This document shows, piece after piece, positions 62,601 through 64,000 of a DNA stretch of 64,000 nt. The DNA comes from Guillardia theta CCMP2712. Lineage: Eukaryota; Protista; Cryptophyta. The translations under genes and the position numbers were made by a program. The DNA lies in contig NW_005434665.1 in assembly GCF_000315625.1 (NCBI RefSeq), forward strand, positions 384,848 to 448,847, in the 5' to 3' direction. The notes beneath the pieces are model-generated. The model ran no database searches. It saw nothing but the letters and a program-made list of their open reading frames with translations, and had not been told where the DNA came from. How positions within the stretch are numbered: position 1 is the first letter of the stretch; every line of letters begins with the position of its first letter.

Positions 62601-63173
62601 CTTTACCTCCTTCGAGCGCACGTTCGAACCTGCTGTCCTCAGCAACCGTTTGCTTAGCCCTCCGTCCTCTCGCTCTCCATCGCGCTCTTCACCTCAGCTC
62701 CGCACACAACCACAACATACGCGGCAGCGATGCACCTTCCGGGCTGGAAATGCAACTGAGGGGGGCCTGGTCGAACTTGGGAGACAAGCCTGGGTGACGG
62801 GCCCGGGGACCGGGCCCCACTGTAGTCCGGGCGGGCCACCGGGTCGGCAACCCGCGAGGCGGCCTGCAATAATAACTCTCACTGTCAAGTTGCTGGGGTC
62901 CGCCTCTATCGCGCAGAATCATTTCGTGCCAATAGCCAACCGGCCCCGGCGCGAGAGATGATTTCTTTGCTGCCAGCCTGAGTGAATCCATAGAACACTG
63001 TGACACCGTATGCCACCGGTGGCAAAATCAAAGAAATTTGTGCTGGGCAGGAGTTGAAAAGGGCAGCCTGGACAGTCACGATGCCAGCCATGATCACTGA
63101 ACTTGATTTATGTGGTCATTCGTAAGTTTCTATTCGCCGTCTGCTAGGCCTGGTGCCCAGCTACAGCGTTAAG

Positions 63174-64000
63174 CTAGCGGATCTGTCGGCTTCCCTGTCG
63201 ACTCGTCGATCCATGCTTCCCCGTTCCACACGATGCGCTTGCCGTCCTTGACCCTGTACGTCCCAGGGGAGAACCTGATCCCGGTATGCCAGTTGACACC
63301 GGCCTAGCATACTTCATCTCAGCCAAGAAGAAGAAGAGGCAACAAAGGGCAGGAAGGAGACAGGAAACGAAGCAAAGGAGGAGGAAACTTGAAGATTGGC
63401 GCAGAGGAGGAGCAGACGAGATGAGAGGAGTGATGAGGGTGTGGGGTACGCTGGAAGCAACAAGGGATACCTGCGTGCCAGACTCGAACTTGAACTGCTC
63501 AGTCAGTTCCATCACCTACAAATAGGAGGTGAGGCATGAAGGCAAAAGGGAGGGAGTTCAACCTCCCCAAAGTGAGCGTTCCTCTTCTGCTGGTTGGCCC
63601 ACCCCGACAGCTCGTGGGTCCAATGCACCAGGAAGTGGAACGGCAGGACGGCGAACTTGAACTGCTTGTAGAAGAGGCTGAGCACGTGCTGGGGCAGGAA
63701 TCAGACGCGAGAATCGCACTGCAAAACGTCACCTGGGCCTTGTCGTTGCCGTAGTGGATGAATCTCTCGTCGAAGAACGGCATCTGCCATGAGCAAGCGA
63801 GCTCAGCTCCCCGCACTGATTCAGCAAGCTCTCTCAGAGGTACCGAGGAAGTAGCCCCTAGCAGGTAAGGCTCGCACGGCCAGCGGTAGTCTGCGAGATA
63901 GGACTGGGTGGCATTGTACCAGGCATCGTAGTTGAGGCAGCTGCACCAGTTTCCATAACTACGTGACTGCTCAATCCTCCTCCTCACCTGAACGCTGGCC
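63174..64000 (-). CDS. 3' part of a GT49/LARGE-like glycosyltransferase
   Basis: NYDAW...Y.WPCEPY, MPFFDERFIHYGNDKAQ, FAVLP.HFLVHW.H. Runs off the window's right edge. Confidence 0.78.

Overview
Gene-dense eukaryotic nuclear DNA with short GT-AG introns, microsatellite-filled introns, a ciliary dynein gene and plastid-type genes. It best fits a flagellated alga with a complex plastid, cryptophyte (Guillardia theta)-like; this is an inference. About 20 spliced host genes can be read: TPR-methyltransferase, DUF268 methyltransferase, CEP164-type WW coiled-coil, MazG, MGAT2-like GT with DUF4214-like repeats, large LRR protein, DNALI1/p28, CtpA, TDT transporter, Asp/Asn beta-hydroxylase, SMP-30-like propeller, beta-helix protein and GT49. 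The most unusual region is 15.35-23.6 kb. It holds two near-identical tandem copies and one decayed copy of an intronless Z1-type superfamily-2 helicase with a C-terminal winged helix. Each intact copy is preceded by a ~190-bp TACGG iteron-like array, and the copies are joined by a 37-bp inverted templated insert. Also present are a spliced MULE-Ulp1 (Kaonashi-like) gene whose first catalytic Asp appears to be Asn, and a 33-aa spliced micro-gene missed by the ORF track. Exon boundaries were read by eye and outer gene limits are approximate.
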